From assembly GCA_009923755.1 (NCBI GenBank), contig RFSW01000003.1, positions 1 through 50,594 on the forward strand: a DNA stretch of 50,594 bases, read 5' to 3'. The position numbers and the translations under genes are program-made. Position 1 is the stretch's first letter; every line of letters begins with the position of its first letter. The notes under the pieces are model-generated. The model did no database searches. It saw only the letters and a list, made by a program, of their open reading frames with translations, and was not told where the DNA came from. Positions 46,298 through 50,594 of this stretch are shown piece by piece. Source of the stretch: Betaproteobacteria bacterium. GTDB lineage: Bacteria > Pseudomonadota > Gammaproteobacteria > Burkholderiales > UBA3065.

Positions 46298-46927
46298 TCA
46301 GTCGATGACGCGCTCCTCGGCTTTCAGCCGCGGCGCTGCACTGCCGCCACGGGCCGTAATCCCCATGTCCTGACGCAATTCGGCGAGCGCTGTCGTCAAC
46401 GACACGGCCAGCATATGGGCCTGGTCCGGCGCCAGCTTGTCCGCGATATGCACGACGTGTCCCGAGCCGTAGAAAATCTGGACGCCGTGCGTATAGATCG
46501 TCGCGTCGTCTCCCTTCGGCTTGAGGCACTGCTCCGCTTCGATCGACAAGATGTCCGAGTGCGGCAGATGCAGGGTGCCGTGCCGCAGCTTCACCGTCGA
46601 CAGACCCGTGGGCGCGACCGTCGCGCCCTCACGCCAGAAGGTGAGCTCGCGCACCCGGCCCGGCACCCGCCAGCCGATCCAGAAGAGCCCGTACGCAACA
46701 CCATAGAGAAGTGCGGCAATGCCGAGCCCCGCAAGCACAGGCTCCGGCCCAAGACCGACGAGGAGAAGACTGCCGATCCCGATCATCACCGCGACCACGA
46801 AGACGCACGTGCCCATGCCATGACACAAGGCTTCACACACCGGGCGCGCCTCGGTCCACCGCGCGCCGAGACACGTCGCCCTCCCGTCGTCATCCCTGTT
46901 CTCGACGATCTGGCAGCGGAACATCAT
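46298..46927 (-). CDS. two-TM membrane protein coupled to the coupling-protein gene
   Basis: GAGGTG RBS, ATGA overlap; two hydrophobic helices. Confidence 0.75.
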   Translation of the reverse strand: MMFRCQIVENRDDDGRATCLGARWTEARPVCEALCHGMGTCVFVVAVMIGIGSLLLVGLGPEPVLAGLGIAALLYGVAYGLFWIGWRVPGRVRELTFWREGATVAPTGLSTVKLRHGTLHLPHSDILSIEAEQCLKPKGDDATIYTHGVQIFYGSGHVVHIADKLAPDQAHMLAVSLTTALAELRQDMGITARGGSAAPRLKAEERVID

Positions 46928-48309
46928 GGCGCCGTCACCTCGTAGCCAAGCCGCTGCATGTAAATCGGCGGGCGGCCCGGCACGAGCACCAGCTGCCGCC
47001 CGGTCTCGCGCGCGAACGCGGTCGTGATCTCGTTGGCGTCGAGGAGGCGCACGCTGCGCAGGTTCTCGCGCCGTCCCATGTCGCCGTGCGCCATGGCGCC
47101 CCCCGACACCCGGATCTGCTGGCGCTCCATCACCTGCGTCATGCCGAGCATCTTGGAGAGGTGCTCCGTCGTCGTCACGTCGACGTTCCCGAACGCCTGG
47201 ATGACGCCGGCATTGCCGAGAAACGTCTCCCAGGACTTCGGGTAGTGCGTCTGGAGCTGCGTGAAATCCTGAATGACGGCCCACAGCTTCACGCCCATAC
47301 CCGCCATCAGGCCCGCCGCCGCCTCGATCGGACGCATGTGCCCGAGTGCCGGGAACTCCTCGAGCACGAACCACACCGGCAGTCGTCCGCGCGGCACGGG
47401 AACCCGTTCCATGGCGATGAGCGCCTGCTGAATGACAAGCCGCAGCCACCGGTAATGCGTCCCCATGCGCATCCCCGGCAGCACGAGGAACAGCGTCGTC
47501 TTGCCGGCCGACAGCGCCGACAGCTTGAAATCCGATCGCTCGGTGATGGCGACGACGTCGTCGAGCGGCGCCGTCTGCTCCTGCGCGGTCGACAGGATGC
47601 CCTGCAACTCACGCCCGCCTGATTCCTTCTTGCCGAGAAACGACGCACCGATGTTGGCGACGATGCCGTCGAACGCACTCGAGCGCACCATGTCCGCAAA
47701 CAGACGGTCGAGCTCGGCCGGTGTCGCATTGAGGAGGCGGCGCACCTCGCGCAGCGTTGCCTTGCCCGGCTCCCGGTCGAGAAGATGCAGCGCAATGCCC
47801 CGAATGAGGTTCTTGGCACTGTCCGTCCAATGCGGATCGCGCGGATTGCCGATGATGAGCGCATCCGCGAGCTGTGCCGCATCCGCGGCGACGTGCTCGC
47901 GTCGTCCCATCCCGAGCTCCCCGAACGGGTTGTGGCTCGCGGTCTTCATCCCCGTCTCCCCGAACGGGTCGAGAATGAACACCTGCTGGCCGAGCGCCGC
48001 GCAGTGCTTCGCCGTGGCGCGGGCGAGCTCGCCCTTGATGTCGATGACGACCTTGGAGCCCGGGTAGCGCATCAGGTTCGGAATGAGCACGGTCGACGAC
48101 TTGCCCGTGCGGCTGCCGGCGACCGTCACCACGTGCCGGTCGTCGTCCCGGCCGAGAAGCCGCCCCTCCCACTGCCCGAGCAGCACCGAGCCCGGCTTCC
48201 AGTCCCAGCTGGCGCCGAGCTGCCAGGGATGCCCCCACGTTTGCGACGCCGGGCTCTCAACGCGGCCCTCGATGCCGGTGCCGCGCGGGGGAAATGCGTT
48301 CGCGTCCAT
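46924..48309 (-). CDS. traG: type IV coupling protein (VirD4/TraG family) without N-terminal TM
   Basis: AGSRTGKS, D.KGEL, LDPF, LEEFPALG, Q...QL...Y...W.TF..N; AGAGGA RBS. Confidence 0.9.
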   Translation of the reverse strand: MDANAFPPRGTGIEGRVESPASQTWGHPWQLGASWDWKPGSVLLGQWEGRLLGRDDDRHVVTVAGSRTGKSSTVLIPNLMRYPGSKVVIDIKGELARATAKHCAALGQQVFILDPFGETGMKTASHNPFGELGMGRREHVAADAAQLADALIIGNPRDPHWTDSAKNLIRGIALHLLDREPGKATLREVRRLLNATPAELDRLFADMVRSSAFDGIVANIGASFLGKKESGGRELQGILSTAQEQTAPLDDVVAITERSDFKLSALSAGKTTLFLVLPGMRMGTHYRWLRLVIQQALIAMERVPVPRGRLPVWFVLEEFPALGHMRPIEAAAGLMAGMGVKLWAVIQDFTQLQTHYPKSWETFLGNAGVIQAFGNVDVTTTEHLSKMLGMTQVMERQQIRVSGGAMAHGDMGRRENLRSVRLLDANEITTAFARETGRQLVLVPGRPPIYMQRLGYEVTAP

Positions 48310-48859
48310 CAGCGGGCGTCCTCTGCTGTCGTCCTTTTGTGAAAACCCCAACCGGGCGTTTTTCGAACATAAGGACACGCGCTTTCGGCCACAACGAAGC
48401 GCCAAACGCCGTGAAACGACGGGAGGGAATACGCGGTTACGCGATGTGATGGAGAAAATTTTTTGAGTTTTCGCCGGAGGAGGTTTTGAGGGGGTTTTTG
48501 CGCGTGGGTTTTTTGTTTTTGGTTGGCCCGTTGTTTTTGCTCCACCCCCACCCGCCGCGCCAGGCGTCACACGCCCGCGTGCCCTAGACCCGGGCGCCGC
48601 ACGAACGGCACGGACGGACGGCAGCGGCACCATGGCGGACGGACACGAGCCGCGTCCCTGCGGCGAGACCGCTGCGCCGAGGCCAGCCCGTTGCGCACGG
48701 AGGCCAGGTCCGCGCGCGGCAGCGCCCGGCGGCCCAAAGGCGCGCCTGGGGCCGGCGCTGTCGGCTCGTCCCCGCCAGAGCGCGTCTCGGGCCACGGCGG
48801 AGCGCCGTGTGTGGCGGCACGGGGCGCCGTCCCCCTCTTTGCCGCGCCGGCCCTTGCCC

Positions 48860-49085
48860 GCCGCTCGACCTCAGGATGACGCCTAACCGAACCCGGACGG
48901 CTGTTCAACGCGGCTCGCTTCCGCGCTTCCCCCGGGACAAGCCCGGGGTCGCTTGTGCAGCTCCGCCCCCCTCCGGGGCGCGCGTGCCGCGCGGCGTTTG
49001 ACCCTCCGTCCCCTCGGGTTCGGTTTTAACGGCCTCATCGGTCGAGCGCGGTGCTCGGCCCAGCACAAAGAGCAAAGGACCACCC
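48860..49085 (+). repeat. hairpin leader family B, copy 1
   Basis: 84-bp core 48911-48994 identical to 49748-49831; aaccgaaccc/gggttcggtt outer stem. Confidence 0.9.
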
Positions 49086-49385
49086 ATGCCCCAACACACT
49101 CACGACCTCTCGCCCTGGACCGTCGACGCCGCGCTCGAAAGCGTCGGCCGGACCATCCCCGGAACGCCCCGCTATCTGCGCCCGATCGGCCGCTCGATCG
49201 CCAACGCGCTCGAGCTCTACCTCGAGGCGTCCCTGCTCGCGAACTGGGGCGACCTCGACCAGTCGATCCAGACCCTGCACCTCTGTCAGCGGCACGTGGC
49301 CGATGCGCTCCGCCAGTTCGAGCGCGTCGACGTCAGCGCCCGCGCCGACTTCACCATCGTAGCGGCCCGGCCCCCCATGCACTGA
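49086..49385 (+). CDS. 99-aa hypothetical protein
   Basis: AAAGGA RBS; coding-like GC3. Confidence 0.7.
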   Translation: MPQHTHDLSPWTVDAALESVGRTIPGTPRYLRPIGRSIANALELYLEASLLANWGDLDQSIQTLHLCQRHVADALRQFERVDVSARADFTIVAARPPMH

Positions 49386-49673
49386 CCACATGGGAGGGAG
49401 CGTGCCCTCGGCGGACGCGGAGGGCGGCGGCGGTCACGTCGCCGGCCCCGGACGCTCGCTCTTAGGCCTGCACGACCCGCCGACGACACGGCGCCGTATC
49501 GCGCGCGCAGCGAGGGGCACCCGAGCACCGTGGGCGCCCGGCCGGAACATTGCGAGGCCCACGGGCCGCGGGACGGCCTGAAGGCGGAAGGGGGCCGTCC
49601 TCTCTGGCATCTCGATGGAATTCTGCCGGGTCGTACCGATGGTGCTCGCGTTCGCCTGTGTATCTCGCCCACG

Positions 49674-49914
49674 TGTTGTTTCCACGGGGCCGCACGCACG
49701 CTTGGCTTTGCATGGAACCTGACCGGGTCCTCTCCTGCGGGTCAACTCGGCTCGCTTCCGCGCTTCCCCCGGGACAAGCCCGGGGTCGCTTGTGCAGCTC
49801 CGCCCCCCTCCGGGGCGCGCGTGCCGCGCGGAGTGTGACCGCGTCGCTGACCCGGTCCGGGACGGTTCCATAAGCCGCGCGTGACGCTCGGCCGGAAACA
49901 ACAAGGAGATACAC
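49674..49914 (+). repeat. hairpin leader family B, copy 2
   Basis: Same core; outer stems atggaacc/ggttccat, gaccgggtc/gacccggtc, tgttgtttcc/ggaaacaaca. Confidence 0.9.
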
Positions 49915-50244
49915 ATGACGAACAGCAACCATCTGACCCACAGCTTCCCCGAGGCCATCGAGGCCGACGCGGCGCCCGCGGCGTACGTCCCGCGGCCCGA
50001 GGACCTCGGAAGGACCGTGCGCAGCAGCCACGGACTCGCCTGCCCCAACTGCGGCAACGATGACGGCCTCTACGTCACCGCGAACGTGCAGATAGAGCTC
50101 GCCCCGAGGCGCTACATTCAAACCGGCGTCCCCCGCGTTCACGAGAGCAACGACATCCAGTGCGTGAGATGCGGCAACTTCGGCACCGTCGCCGCATGGC
50201 GCGTCTGGGAGGGTGAAGACATCGACCTCTTCTGCATCGGCTAG
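49915..50244 (+). CDS. Zn-ribbon protein (CPNC...CVRC)
   Basis: AAGGAG RBS; paralogue of 44710-44928. Confidence 0.75.
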   Translation: MTNSNHLTHSFPEAIEADAAPAAYVPRPEDLGRTVRSSHGLACPNCGNDDGLYVTANVQIELAPRRYIQTGVPRVHESNDIQCVRCGNFGTVAAWRVWEGEDIDLFCIG

Positions 50245-50594
50245 GCCCGAACGCCCTCGGCCAAGCGCCGAGGGCGTCGCCGTACCTCCGCCCGCGCCCG
50301 ACGTCCCACACGGCCCTCGCCTCAGCCCGTTCCGGGCTTCGTCTCGGCGCCTTTGCGCCCCTCCGCCTCTGTCGTCGTCTGCATCAAAAAAAACTCATCC
50401 CCCCAACCGCTCATAATGGCATTTCCATATTCAGCACCATTCACCACGGATACGCCATGCGCCGCGAGGTGACGGATATTGCCGTTTACCGGAAATCCGA
50501 TGATTAGAATTGATAGCAGCAGGCGCAAACACACATTGCAATCATGTGGCGCCGAAGAGGAGTAGCGAGATGGGGATTTGTTTACGTAAACAAA

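Larger units (their letters stand above)
10380..50244. mobile_element. mobilisable plasmid/IME backbone with defence and cargo inserts (true ends not visible)
   Basis: Rep-like, ParB-like, ArdC, WGR, MobC, relaxase and T4CP genes; no integrase or att site seen. Confidence 0.7.

Noticed and set aside
48459-48538. Phased T-tracts (bent DNA)
   Set aside because: Spacing is irregular, not helical; likely just promoter DNA
48310-48795. 162-aa extension of TraG
   Set aside because: Low-complexity translation of promoter and GC-rich DNA; RBS supports 48309
50380-50594. att site or element boundary at the right end
   Set aside because: AT-richer, but no tRNA, integrase or matching direct repeat found

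Overview
GC-rich, probably alphaproteobacterial, segment that looks like a mobilisable plasmid or IME; no integrase, tRNA or VirB channel genes are visible. Left to right: (1) cargo with three paralogues of a protein family I do not recognise (one frameshifted), a phasin, an I78-like protease inhibitor and a PraR-like XRE-luxR-luxI-small ORF quorum-sensing cassette; (2) a wHTH Rep-like gene with a candidate antisense ctRNA; (3) a 14-kb defence island: orphan HigA, type III Res, DUF4268/NucS-like nuclease, Mod, ASCH and a RelE-like/UvrD fusion, facing a CBASS (CapV plus CD-NTase with AGS-C tail) that is divergent from an XRE-ImmA peptidase/PIN (RosmerTA-like) pair; (4) backbone genes (ParB-like, ArdC, WGR, orphan ParD-like) around an RTX subtilase; (5) putative oriT, mobC, a MOBP-relaxase/TraA-helicase chimera and a TM-less VirD4/TraG; (6) an ATGA-coupled array of small genes with repeated junctions and a nonsense-broken MTase. 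The most striking non-genic signal is a set of about seven long hairpin leaders, two pairs sharing conserved cores but with independently pairing outer stems. They precede backbone/anti-defence genes and are candidate ssDNA (Frpo-like) promoters or cis-regulatory RNAs. All family calls come from motif recognition by eye, not from database searches.
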